DNA of 42,011 bases. It comes from Chiloscyllium plagiosum. Lineage: Eukaryota. Numbering within the stretch: position 1 is the stretch's first letter; each line of letters starts with the position of its first letter. The stretch covers positions 15,580,589 to 15,622,599 of the forward strand of contig NC_057719.1 of the NCBI RefSeq assembly GCF_004010195.1, read 5' to 3'. Of this stretch, positions 12,028 to 22,406 are shown piece by piece. A program made the position numbers and the translations under genes. Under the pieces are notes generated by a model. It was not told the DNA's origin and made no database searches. It saw only the letters and a list, made by a program, of their open reading frames with translations.

Positions 12028-13170
12028 CTGGTAAAATGGAGGTGAGGCTCATCCACTCCATTTGCTTTTCTCTTTGTTCTTATTTTTTCCTCCGTTTTTC
12101 TTGTTTCTTTTCTTTTTTTCTTTTATTTATTTTACCCATCTTTCGTTGAAGAATTCAGTCGCAGCGACAGCTTCGGTAGTGGTGACTGAGCCCAGCATGG
12201 ACTCGTGACAGCAGCATCGGTTTGGGTTCCTGCCAACATCTGCACCCAACGCAGATTCATGGAGGCAGCAGTGGTGGAGGAGAGTTTGGGGCCAATATGA
12301 GACCCAACAGTATCAACGAGGTGGGCCTGAAGCAGACACATGGCGGTGGCAGAGTAGAGTTTGGGCCAGTGTGGCACCCCGCAGCATCCTTAGCATCTGC
12401 ATTGGCAAGGTCTAGCGAGGACTCAAAGTGATGAGGGGGTCAGTAGAGGCAAGATGGTGCCAAAGAGTGGCAATTTTCGTTTGAGCAGTGACAGCGCAGT
12501 AAAGGGGACTTGTGTCTGGCCACTAGGCCCACAGGGCCTAGAACATTACAGGCCCTTCAGCCCTCGATGTGGCGCCAAACTGTTAAACCAATCTAAAGCT
12601 CATCCAGCCTACACTACTCCATTATCAACCATATGTTTATCCAATGACCATTTAAATGCCTTTAATGTTGGCGAGGGGCATTCCACGCCCTTACTATTCT
12701 CTGAGTAAAGAACCCACCTCTGACATCTATCCTATACCTATCATCCCTCAATTTAAAGCTATGATCCCCCTATGCTAGCCATCACCATCTGAGGAAAAAG
12801 ACTCGCACTGTCCACCCTATTTAATCCTCTGATTATCTTGTATGCCTCTATTAAGTCACCTCTTAACCTTCTCTCTAACAAAAACAGCTTCAAGTCCCTC
12901 AGCCTTTCATCACAAGACCTTTCCTCCATACCAGGCAACATTCAAGACTCCACCATGGCCCATGGTGCAGCATTTGACAAGAAGGACTGTAAAGTTGAAT
13001 ACTTTTTCTTAAGTTCTTTATTTTTCCACCTTTATATTCTATGTTTTAGTTTATTTTTCTGCATTTTAGGATGGCACCAGACAGTGGCAAACTACACAAT
13101 ACATTTCACTGTATTTTGTTAAAAAAAAAGTGATAATAAATAAATCAGTCAAATTAAAAAAACTCAAATA
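12028..13170 (+). mobile_element. Unclassified retroposon-like insertion containing a minus-strand CR1 3' end (about 12540-12941)
   Basis: Interrupts the CR1 between agct at 12022 and agct at 13171 and has an A-rich tail. The nested ORF 12759-12941 reads LERRLRGDLIEAYKII. Confidence 0.55.
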
Positions 13171-13773
13171 AGCTCAGAAACAAAAAAGGGGCAGTTACCT
13201 TGCTGGGATTATAGGATAGGCTTCCCAACAATCAGAAGGAGATAGAAGAGGAGATATGTAGCCAAGTCACAGAAAGGTGTGAGAGAAACAGGGTTACAAT
13301 TGTAGGGAACTTCAACTTTGCTAACCACTATTGGCATCCCCTCAGTGTGAAAGGATTAAATAAGTGGAATTTTTAAAGTGCATCATGAGAGCTTTTTGTG
13401 CCAGTGCACAGACAGAGCTACTGGAGATGGCGCAGTGCTAATCCTATGGAATGAAGCTGGTCAAGTGGTTGAAGTTTCATTGGGCGCGCATTTTGAGAAC
13501 TGTAACCAAAACTCTGAAGTTTCAAAGTCATAGTGGAAAGGGATAAGGATAGTGCACAAGTTAAGTGGCTAAATTGGGAGAAGCTTGATTTGAACATCAG
13601 ACACAATCTGCACAATCCGGCAAACATTAACTGGGGACAACTACTTGTAGGTAAGTCTATATTTGGAAGCTGGGAGTCTTTTAAAAGTAGTATAGTGAGA
13701 ATTCAGGGCCAGCATGTTCCTCTTAAACGCAAAAGCAGTTAGTAGAGGGAACCTAGATGTCAAGGAACCTTCC

Positions 13774-13908
13774 TATTCCTGATGAAGGGCTTTTGCCCGA
13801 AACATCGATTTTCCTGCTCCTCGGATGCTGCCTGACCTGCTGTGCTTTTCCAGCACCACTCTGTTCTAAACTCTGGTTTCCAGCATCTGCAGTCCTCACT
13901 TTTGCCTA
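13774..13908 (+). mobile_element. Penelope pseudo-LTR copy with hammerhead core
   Basis: attcCTGATGAaGGGCttttGCCCGAAAcatc; flanked by the direct repeat gtcaaggaaccttcc at 13759-13773 and 13909-13923. Confidence 0.85.
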
Positions 13909-14348
13909 GTCAAGGAACCTTCCAGCTCAGTGAGCAAACCTACATCCAGAACCTCAACCTGAGCTACAAATCTTCTCAAAACTCGTTAATGTCAAGGGAT
14001 ATTGAGAGTTTGATAAAGAAAAAGAAGAAAGCATATTTCAGGTACAGCGTATTAATAACAGGAGGGGAGGCCCTTCGCAGTACAGAGAATGTAGGGGGTT
14101 GCTTAAAAGGGAGATTAGGAGGTTAAGGAGGCGCCAAAAATATCTTTGATAGATGGGATCAAGGAAAACCACAAGGCTTTTTATAATTTATTAAGAATAA
14201 GAGAATTATTAGGGAAAGCGACCAAAGGGCAACCTGTGCATGGAGCCAGTGGACATGGGTGAAGTCTTAATGAATACTCCTCATCTGTATTCACAGAGGG
14301 GAAAGACATTGTAGGGGATGTCAATTGGGATGATGAGGTTCTAGAAAA

Positions 14349-14571
14349 TGGGTTTCCTCCGGGTGCTCCGGTTTCCTCCCACTGTCACAAAGATGTGCAG
14401 GTTAGGTGAATTGACCATGCTAAATTGCCCGTAGTGTTGGGTTAGGGGTAAATGTCGGGGTATGGGTATGGGTGGGTTGCGCTTCGGTGGGTCGGTGTGG
14501 ACTTGTTTGGCCGAATGGCCTGTTTCCACACTGTAATGTAATCTAATCTAATCTAATGTAATCTAATCTAA
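14349..14571 (+). mobile_element. 5'-truncated HE1-like SINE with (aatct)n tail
   Basis: HE1 core; tail tgtaatctaatctaatctaatgtaatctaatctaa. Confidence 0.9.
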
Positions 14572-14795
14572 GATAAATAAGGAAGAGATATCAGGTGTTT
14601 TACTGGAGATTCAGGTGCATTAATCCACAGGACCTGATGTTTGTATTCCAAGTTACTATGAGAAGAAATGGCTGGAGCGCTGGCAGAGACATTTAGGAAC
14701 GTTGGAACAGGAATAGGCCATTCAGCCCCTTGAGCCTGCTCTGCTATTCAGTAGATCTGTGGCCTAACACCATATGCCTGCCTTATCTCTTGATA

Positions 14796-14973
14796 GAACT
14801 GGAAATGTGTTGCTGGAAAAGCGCAGCAGGTCAGGCAGCATCCAGGGAACAGGAGAATCGACGTTTCGGGCATAAGCCCTTCTTCAGGAATGGGGAAAGT
14901 TTGTCCAGCAGGCTAAGATAAAAGGTAGCGAGGAGGGACTTGGGGGAGGGGCGTCGGCTGTGCAGAGGAGATG
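14796..14973 (-). mobile_element. Penelope pseudo-LTR copy with 12-bp TSD
   Basis: TSD tatctcttgata at 14784-14795 and 14974-14985. Confidence 0.85.
14856..14891 (-). ncRNA. Minimal type I hammerhead ribozyme motif
   Basis: Minus strand auuc-CUGAAGA-A-GGGC-uuau-GCCC-GAAAC-GUC-gauu; stem I is weak. Confidence 0.65.
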
Positions 14974-15760
14974 TATCTCTTGATATCCTTGCTTAATAAA
15001 AAATTCTCTCTCTCTGATTCAAGTTAAACAATTAAATTAGCATCGACCACCATTTGAGGAAGAGACCTCTGCAACTCTATGCATGTAAAAGTGATTTCTA
15101 ACAGCTTTCCTGACTGGCGTGGCTCTAATTCTTAGACAATGCCCCTTGGTTCTAGAATCTTCAACTAGTAGAGGCTGTTCATCTTTGTCTACTTCCCTGT
15201 TAATATCTTGAAGACCTCAATTAGATCACCCCTTAACCTTCTAAATTTCAGGGAATTAAGGCCTAATTTGTCTGATCTTCTCATAACTTACTGCCTGACC
15301 CCCAGGAATCATCCTTGTAAACATGCATTGAACTCCCTCCATGGGCCAAAACATTCTTCATAAAGTTTGGTGCCCATATCTGCTCACTGTACTTGAAGTG
15401 GGGTCTAACTAGGGTTTTGTATACATTGCAGCATAACCTTTGTATCCTTATACACCAGCCCTTTAGATATGAAGGCCAGTATTCTATTCGCCTTCTTGAC
15501 TATTTTTTGCCTCTGTTGTGGCATTTTAAAGAGTTCTACATTTGAACCCTCAAATCTGGCTGGGCATCGACTGCATTTAACTTTGTGCCTGATAAAAACA
15601 TCCTGATCTTTTTCAGTCTGAAATGGATAACCTCACACTGGCTTATTTCAAAATCCATCTACAATAGCTTGCCCATTCACCTAGTTCCTTCATTTAAGAA
15701 AGGCTGAAACTTTATTGCTGGAACAGCACAGCAGGTCAGGCAGCATCCAGGGAACAGGAG

Positions 15761-15796
15761 ATTCGACGTTTCGGGCACAGGCCCTTCTTCAGGAAT
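15761..15796 (-). ncRNA. Minimal type I hammerhead ribozyme motif
   Basis: AUUC-CUGAAGA-A-GGGC-cugu-GCCC-GAAAC-GUC-GAAU; stem I AUUC/GAAU, palindromic ACGU stem III. Confidence 0.75.
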
Positions 15797-16096
15797 GAGC
15801 AGAGAGTGTTCAGCAGGAGAAGATAAAAGGTAGGGAGGAGGGACTTGGAGGAGGGGAGTTGGAAATGTGATAGATCACCAGTTTCTTCATCCCCCCTCCC
15901 CCCACCTTGTCTCAGCCGGATCCTTCCAGCCCGGCACCGCCTTCCTGACCTGCAGTCTTCTTCTTGACCTCTCCGCCTCCATCCTACTCCGACCTATCAC
16001 CCTCACCTTGACCTCTTACCTATCACATTTCCAACTCCCCTCCTCCAAGTCCCTCCTCCCTACCTTTTATCTTCTCCTGCTGAACACTCTCTGCTC

Positions 16097-16132
16097 ATTC
16101 CTGAAGAAGGGCCTGTGCCCGAAACGTCGAAT
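16097..16132 (+). ncRNA. Minimal type I hammerhead ribozyme motif
   Basis: attc ctgaaga a gggc ctgt gccc gaaac gtc gaat. Confidence 0.75.
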
Positions 16133-16227
16133 CTCCTGTTCCCTGAATGCTGCCTGACCTGCTGTGCTGTTCCAGCAATAAAGTTTCAACTTTGATCTCC
16201 AGCATCTGCAGACCTCACTTTCTCCTC

Positions 16228-17075
16228 CATTTAAGAAAGGCACCAAGGATAGGCCAGGTAACTGCAGATCATTTGGTCTGACATCAGTGGTCAGGAAATT
16301 ATTGGAAAAAAAATCTGAAGAAGAGAATTAATCAATAGTTGGAAAGGCAAGGATTACCCAGGAGTATTCAGCACAGATTTGTTATAGGGAGATCCTATCT
16401 AACTAATTCGATTGAGCTTTTGAAAAAGTGACTAAATATATTGTTGAAAGTACAGGTATGGAATCCTTTATCTGAGATCCTTGGGGCCAGTTGTTTTTCA
16501 GAATTAAGAATTTTTCAAATTTCAGAATAAATGACATTTTCACAGTGAAATTTAAAAAAAAATACCTAAACAGCAGACGCACATGTGACTAGTATGAGCA
16601 GTGAGACGCAGTTGGCGCCTGCCAGTGCTGGGCCTCACCGCTACGTCACATCTGAGTGATGTGGTTTGAGTTGGGTCACCTGTTTGCATGCCAAAATGGC
16701 ACTCCACACTCCACGAAAAAGATTTCAGAGCTTTTCTGATTTTGGACAAAGGATTGTGTGCCTGTAGTGCACTTGGTGTGGTTTACATGGATGTCAGTAA
16801 GGCTTTTGACAAGGTCTCACATAGAAGACCCATCCAGAAGGTGACAGGCCATGGGATCCAAGGCAAGTTGGCAAACAGGCTCCAAAACTGGCTTGTAAAT
16901 AGGCTACAGATGGAATACCATGTGCAGCTTTGGTCGCCACATTTTTGGAAGGATGTGATTGCACAAGAGAGGGTGCCGAGGAGATTCATCAGGATGTTGA
17001 CTTGGATGAAAAGTCTCAGTTACGATGAGAGACTGGAAAGGTTGGGTTTGTTTTCCTTGGAGCAGAGGAGGCTGT
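16228..17075 (+). mobile_element. Internally deleted CR1 RT fragment
   Basis: VVYMDVSKAFDKV and EYHVQLWSPH...LGLFSLEQRRL. Confidence 0.85.
16453..16764. mobile_element. Tc1/mariner-Tigger-type MITE
   Basis: Imperfect TIRs caggtatggaatcctttatc / gacaaaggattgtgtgcctg, TA TSDs at 16451-16452 and 16765-16766. Removing it restores the CR1 sequence. Confidence 0.8.
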
Positions 17076-17434
17076 ATTATGCACTGCTTTGAACACCCGA
17101 TTTACAGGTTGGTCTAAAAATAGTCAAAATGGTGCAACATAAGTTGACTCAGAGGTAACCAGGAATGAGAGGCTATAGTGATGGAAAATTTTGAGAATAC
17201 ATGACTGAGAAGATTAAGAGGTATCTAATTTAAATTTTGAGATTATTTGAAGTCTAATAAAGATAAATGGTGATACCAGTTGGTGAGATGTTAAGACATT
17301 TCAAATAATCTTAAAAGAGATTAGAAAAAATGTTTCTTTAGACTAAATTTAATTCGATCTTGATACGAAATCAATATAGTCTTTATGGAAGAGTGCTAGC
17401 AAAGTGCCTGAAAAAGAAATAAAAGGAATAAGCA

Positions 17435-17630
17435 AGAATAAAAATTGGTGGAGAAACTCAGCAGCATCAGCAGAGAGAAGAGGTAAAGATTAGTCCAGTG
17501 ACCTCAGTTCTGAAAAAGTGTCACTGGACTTGAAACATTAATTTTATTTTCTCTTCACACACCTACTGAGTTTCTCCAACAATTTCTATGTTTGTGTGTT
17601 TCACATCTCCAGTATTTGAAGTTCTTTGGT
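17435..17630. mobile_element. Older Penelope-type pseudo-LTR (second family), imperfect palindrome
   Basis: aaattggtggagaaactcagcag ... ctgagtttctccaacaattt inverted arms around a decayed core ctgaaaaagtgtcactggacttgaaacatt. Confidence 0.55.
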
Positions 17631-17883
17631 TCATTTCATGAATAAATAAGAGTTGATTGCATCCAAATGGGGAAACACCAGTACACATTGATGGGACAAT
17701 GACTGACTTCTTTGCTGAGACATCAAATGATCTTTTGTAGTACGTATTTCATGCTTTATCCATAAATTACTGGATTTATGTGGATATATGTGGATCACAG
17801 GATGGTGAAATGGGGTTCAAGTGTCTACTAAATATCAATATCATGATAGAGAGAAATCTTCAAAGTAAATGTAAATGACTGAC

Positions 17884-18078
17884 CTGAAAATCATTAGCTT
17901 TGTTGTAGTGCATGTTGAGAGCACGGTAAAGTTCAGTGTCTCTGGTGACTTTTAGATCATTGGCGTTGGTTATGCCATCATTTACAGCCTGCCGGGCGAA
18001 TTTCTCCATCTGGATATAGTAAAACTCTCGAAAATTGCTGAACCATTTGATAAGCTGTGATGTGATGCATCTGTTAAA
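17884..18078 (-). CDS. PROX1-like: Prox/Prospero-family homeobox gene, internal coding exon equivalent to PROX1 exon 4 (homeodomain helix 3 and Prospero domain)
   Basis: Translates [65 protein letters not shown] (65 codons, 195 bp). Acceptor ttttaccaccag|TTT and donor CAG|gtcagt; phase 0 at both ends, in frame with the 108-bp exon. Confidence 0.97.
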
Positions 18079-18329
18079 CTGGTGGTAAAACAGATTAAAG
18101 AGAAGTTGGTCTTTACAAATCAGATCTGTCTCTGCATCACCTAATACGTCCTTAATTCCTTTTGTTAAATCATATATTAATGAACTTATTAAAAATATGC
18201 AAATGATGACAAAGACAGTATTAAATATCTGATAAATGTTCCCGAAATTCACAAGTAGGTATTATCTCATGATTAAGGAATTATATAATATGTATCAGAT
18301 CTATTTAAAACCATGTAAATAGTTGCTTG

Positions 18330-18800
18330 GTCATACAGTATTTCTGATAAAGGAACAGGCTGTCGAATGTTTTCATCCTGGATTCATCAGGGCAGACACA
18401 GCAATTTCAAAGGAAACAATTGTTTATTGGCATGAGAAACATGGTGCCGACGAGATACCAAGGGGACTCTCATTTGGTCCAGGAGTTGTCATAGAAAACA
18501 CAAGGTTTGTTTTAATTGAAAAGGTACAATCCATGGACAAGATTCTTTTCCTGCAGACGACCAGTCCCTGCATTTCAATATGTGTACCCTCTCACACCCA
18601 TGAATGAACCAACTTGCAAACTGAATTGATAATCTTCAGCTGGTTTTTACTGTAATTCTTAGCACACGCAGGATTGTTCAGTAAATGCTGTGTGATTGCG
18701 GAATACCATTTAATGCTGAACACCATATTCCACGTTTTGAGAGTACAGGCTGTTTTAGGATAATCTTTGCTTGTTGTGATCCACCAGTCAATAGGATGTA
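18330..18800 (+). mobile_element. Possible decayed PIF/Harbinger transposase remnant
   Basis: Scattered peptides VVIENT and RIIFACC resemble the Harbinger DDE C-terminus (RVVIE...IIVVCC) in the expected order. Weak. Confidence 0.3.
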
Positions 18801-19624
18801 TGGGTTATGTATCCAGCACTGCACCAACACTGAAATTCATTATACCTCATTACTTATTTGTAGAATATCGTTTTAGCCAGACAGCTGTATCCTATTAATG
18901 GAGAATAATTTTATGACTGTATAGTAGCAAAATGTGGCAGTTAGCTTTTCCTGTTCCTCAAATTCTTGAGATAGCTGACTATTCTAGGGTATCTTGAGGT
19001 AGATTGGACGTATTTCAGAACTGAAAATGACAAACTTGGGCCTATTTGTGAATTCACATGTTATGTACTGGGTGCTGCATAGCTATTTGGGCATCAAGCT
19101 TACAGGTTAAGCAAATAGCTTTGGCCCTTAATAGCAGAGGGTGATAAAACCAGTCATAGCAGGTGGAGCTATAGGAATTCCAATTGTATATGTCAAATAG
19201 TGAAGGAGGCTTGTTGTAAATTATCACATTGTGTAAAGGGACCGCTCCCTTTCAAATTTCTAGTTAATTGAGAGATGAAGCTCGTTAAGTGCTCTGTGCA
19301 CTTTCTATGTTGCACTGAAAACTTGTAACTTTGGCCTGAATTTTTGTAATGGTGGAGAACATCTCTAACTTAGTCAATTTATCACTGAAGCCCCCATTGT
19401 GGAATCCCACCCCTGGGAAAACATGCAACCTCCAACAAACAGATCTATTTTTTTGTTGGTGGGAGCACAGTTTGTGAATTTTATACTTTGCAAGAGAAGG
19501 TTTAAACTTATTGGAGCTCTTTGGAGAGGTAGAGTCTCCTTTTGAAGAGGCAAAATTTCTTTTTGGGTAGGTCCAGGGACCTCTTTGGGGGAGATCAGGT
19601 ACCCTTTGGGAGGGAAAAAATCAA

Positions 19625-19800
19625 CGAGGTAAAAACAATGACTGCAGATGCTGGACACCAGATTCTGGATTAGTGGTGCTGGAAGAGCACAGCAGTTCAG
19701 GCAGCATCCAAGGAGCAGCGAAATCGACGTTTCGGGCAAAAGCCCTTCATCAGGAATAAAAGCAAAGAGCCTGTTCTCTTCCAGCACCACTAATCCAGAA
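19625..19800 (-). mobile_element. Penelope pseudo-LTR copy with short inverted tail
   Basis: ttctggattagtggtgctggaagag is inverted at 19776-19800. Confidence 0.85.
19722..19757 (-). ncRNA. Minimal type I hammerhead ribozyme motif
   Basis: Minus strand auuc-CUGAUGA-A-GGGC-uuuu-GCCC-GAAAC-GUC-gauu. Confidence 0.7.
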
Positions 19801-20069
19801 GCAGATGGTCAGAGCCGAGCCAATGCACTGCAGCACTGGCCGAGGGTGGGGACTAACTGCACTGCACCAAAATATCCTGGCCCCGTTCCAACTCCCAACA
19901 ACAAACCTTACACTTCCCCAATTCTGCAGTGTCCCTCCTCCGGTCCAAAAATGAGTGCTGTCTTTCCTTCTGTTTGCTGGTTGATATCTGGTATAAAGAC
20001 TTGATTGGCAGGAACACTTTTCAATCAGAAGGAATTATCCCAGCATCACTACGGGGCGGATGAGTCCAT

Positions 20070-20667
20070 TTGTAGAGGAGACCGCATCTGGAGCAACGGA
20101 TACAATAAATGATATTGGTGGATGTGCAGGTAAAACTTTGATGGATGTGGAAGGCTCCTTTAGGGCCTTGGATAGAGGTGAGGGAGGAGGTGTGGGCACA
20201 GGTTTTACAGTTCCTGCGGTGGCAGGGGAAGGTGCCAGGATGGGAGGGTGGGTTGTAGGAGGACGTGGACCTGACCAGGTAGTCACGGAGGGAACGGTCT
20301 TTGTGGAAGGCGGAAAGGGTAGGGAGGGAAATATATCCCTGGTGTTTGGGTCTTTTTGGAGGTGGCAGAAATGTCGGCGGATGATTTGGTTCATGCAAAG
20401 GTTGGTAGGGTGGAAGGTGAGCACCAGGGGCATTCTGTCCTTGTTACGGTTGGAGGGGTGGGGTCTGAGGGCGGAGATGCGGGATGTGGACGAGATGCAT
20501 TGGAGGGCATCTTTTACCACATGGGAAGGGAAATTGCGGTCTCTAAAGAAGGAGGCATCTGGTATGTTCTGTGGTGGAACTGGTCCTCCTGGGAGCAGAT
20601 ACGGCGGAGGCAGAGGAATTGGGAATACGGGATGGCATTTTTGCAAGAGGTAGGGTGGGAAGAAGTG
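20070..20667 (-). mobile_element. Penelope-like ORF fragment (RT thumb, linker and start of GIY-YIG endonuclease)
   Basis: DRMPLVLTFHP and TFPCHRRNCKTC...FTCTSTNIIYCIRCSRCGLLY, split by frameshifts. Confidence 0.9.
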
Positions 20668-20869
20668 TTTTTTAAGAATATGAAGTCAGCATAGACTTAC
20701 AACATTATTGTATTTAATTTCAACATGGGTCCTGAGGTCTGCCCATTTGGATGTTAGGTGAGTTGGCATGAGAGTTTAAGAGCAAAGGATGGTGATTAGG
20801 GGTATGGGCTGACATAAGTTGGCATAGATGCTACAAGGGGATATTATAGAATGGTTAGAGAGGCACACA

Positions 20870-22315
20870 TTGAAGTTGGAGCAGGAGAAAGCACAGGGCC
20901 CCACAAGCCTGCTTTATCATTCAATAAATCCTGGATGATCTGATCACTCCACCACTGCTCACCCCTGTTGATCTACCATCCTTTGTTTATTAAGAATTGA
21001 TCTAGCTCTGCTTTTAATATATTCAAAGACGCTGCCTCTATCACAGTTTGAGGAAGACATTCAAAGTACTCAACAAAGAAAATGTTCTCGATCTTGAATG
21101 ATTAAATAGTGACCTGTAGTTCTATATTGTCCTTTCATTCTCCCACTGTAAGAAATATCTTTTCCACATGCACCTTATCAAGATCCCTTAGATTCCTATA
21201 TTTCAAGTGTTGCACCTTACTCTTCTAAACTCCAGCAGGTACAAACCTAGCTGATATACACTGTCCTCAAAAGGTAATACCACTCAAACACACCCCCCAA
21301 CCCCGCCTCCATGTATTAGCTTTTACATTCTTAAATAAGGAGGCTAATGCAATATCCAGCACTTCAAATGTAGTTTCACCAATGCACTGTATAACAGAAA
21401 CATAACCTCACTATTTTGTATTAAATTCTCCTTACAGCAAATAATTATGAAAGGTAATAGAATGTTATCATTTATTGCATCTGAATACTAACATTTTGCA
21501 ATTCATGCACTGGATTACCCAGATTACACTTCATCTCAGAGTTTTGCAATCAATTACCATTCACATATTTTAATCCAAAAATATGCAGATTGGTTGGATT
21601 GGCCATGCTAAATTGCCCAGGGATATGCAGACTGGATGGATTAGCCATGGGAAATGCAGGGTTACAGGGATAGGATAAGGGAGTGGGTTGGGGTGGGATG
21701 CTCTTAGGAAGATCAGCATGGATCCGATAGACCAAATGGCCTGCTTCCACATTGTAGGGATTCTACGATTCTGCCAAAATGGATGATTTCACATTTTCCC
21801 ACATTGTATTTCATTTGTCAGATGTTTTCCCTCTCACTTAATATTGCCGTATCCATTTATAGCCTCATTATGTTCTTTTTACAGTTTACTTTGCTACCTA
21901 CCTTTGTGCCATCAGGAAATTAGACAACCATATCATACCCAATACCATGAGCTTATATTTCCACAATAACGTTTGATGTGGTGCCTCATCAACTATGTGC
22001 TATAAATCTAAGTATAATACTTCCACTAGTTCAATTTTAACCACAACACATATTACGTCTTCGAAGACCTCCAATAACATGGTTAAACATGATTTCCCTT
22101 TTGCAAAAGAATATCTACATTGCCCGATTATCTTGAATTTTACTAAGTGATCTTCTATAATGTCTTTAATAATAGCTTTGAACTATTTCAGATGTTAAAC
22201 TAACTGGATTGTAGTTTCCTGCTTTTTACGTCTGTTCTCTTTTGAATAAAGGAATTGCATTCACTATTTCCCAATCTAATGGAATTTTCCCCAATCTACA
22301 GAATTTTGGAAAATA
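20870..22315 (-). mobile_element. Old CR1 LINE fragment
   Basis: Reverse CR1 tail at 20875-20930; reverse RT motifs (gtgccatcaggaaat, FADDT-like; gttaaactaactggattgtagtttcc, GNYxPVSLT-like). Confidence 0.7.
21572..21772 (+). mobile_element. 5'-truncated HE1-like SINE
   Basis: HE1 core and gtagggattctacgattct tail. Confidence 0.85.
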
Positions 22316-22317
22316 GA

Positions 22318-22406
22318 AACAGAAATTGCTGGAAGATCTCAGCATGTCTGGCAGCATCTATGAGAGAATTCAGAGTTAATGTTTCAGGTCCAGTGACCAT
22401 TCTTCC
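22318..22406 (-). mobile_element. Older pseudo-LTR fragment (second family)
   Basis: cagaaattgctgga...gcagcatct...cagagttaatgtttcaggtccagtgaccattcttc; matches 35020-35105. Confidence 0.6.

Larger units (their letters stand above)
11860..14690 (+). mobile_element. Decayed CR1 ORF2, endonuclease-to-tether region, with several nested insertions
   Basis: APE motifs GGIALLIK-like (11933) and VGNFNF (13301), tether-region ENHKAFY (14163). Interrupted at 12028-13170, 13766-13988 and 14349-14571. Confidence 0.75.
14696..15685 (-). mobile_element. CR1 3' portion
   Basis: ggaacaggaataggccattcagccccttgagcctg tail in reverse, followed by decayed RT C-terminal sequence. Confidence 0.75.
15705..16227. 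mobile_element. Penelope 3' end with inverted pseudo-LTR and 14-bp TSD
   Basis: Arms 15705-15873 and 16020-16188 are near-perfect inverted repeats; TSD catttaagaaaggc at 15691-15704 and 16228-16241. Confidence 0.9.

Noticed and set aside
1..17883. Search for the last Prox coding exon (VP.RFL...SWKK.IYK)
   Set aside because: Not found by eye on the minus strand; presumed to lie beyond position 1.
18079..18252. N-terminal hydrophobic part of ORF 17860-18252
   Set aside because: It is intronic read-through upstream of a clear AG acceptor; Prox homology starts at FNRC.
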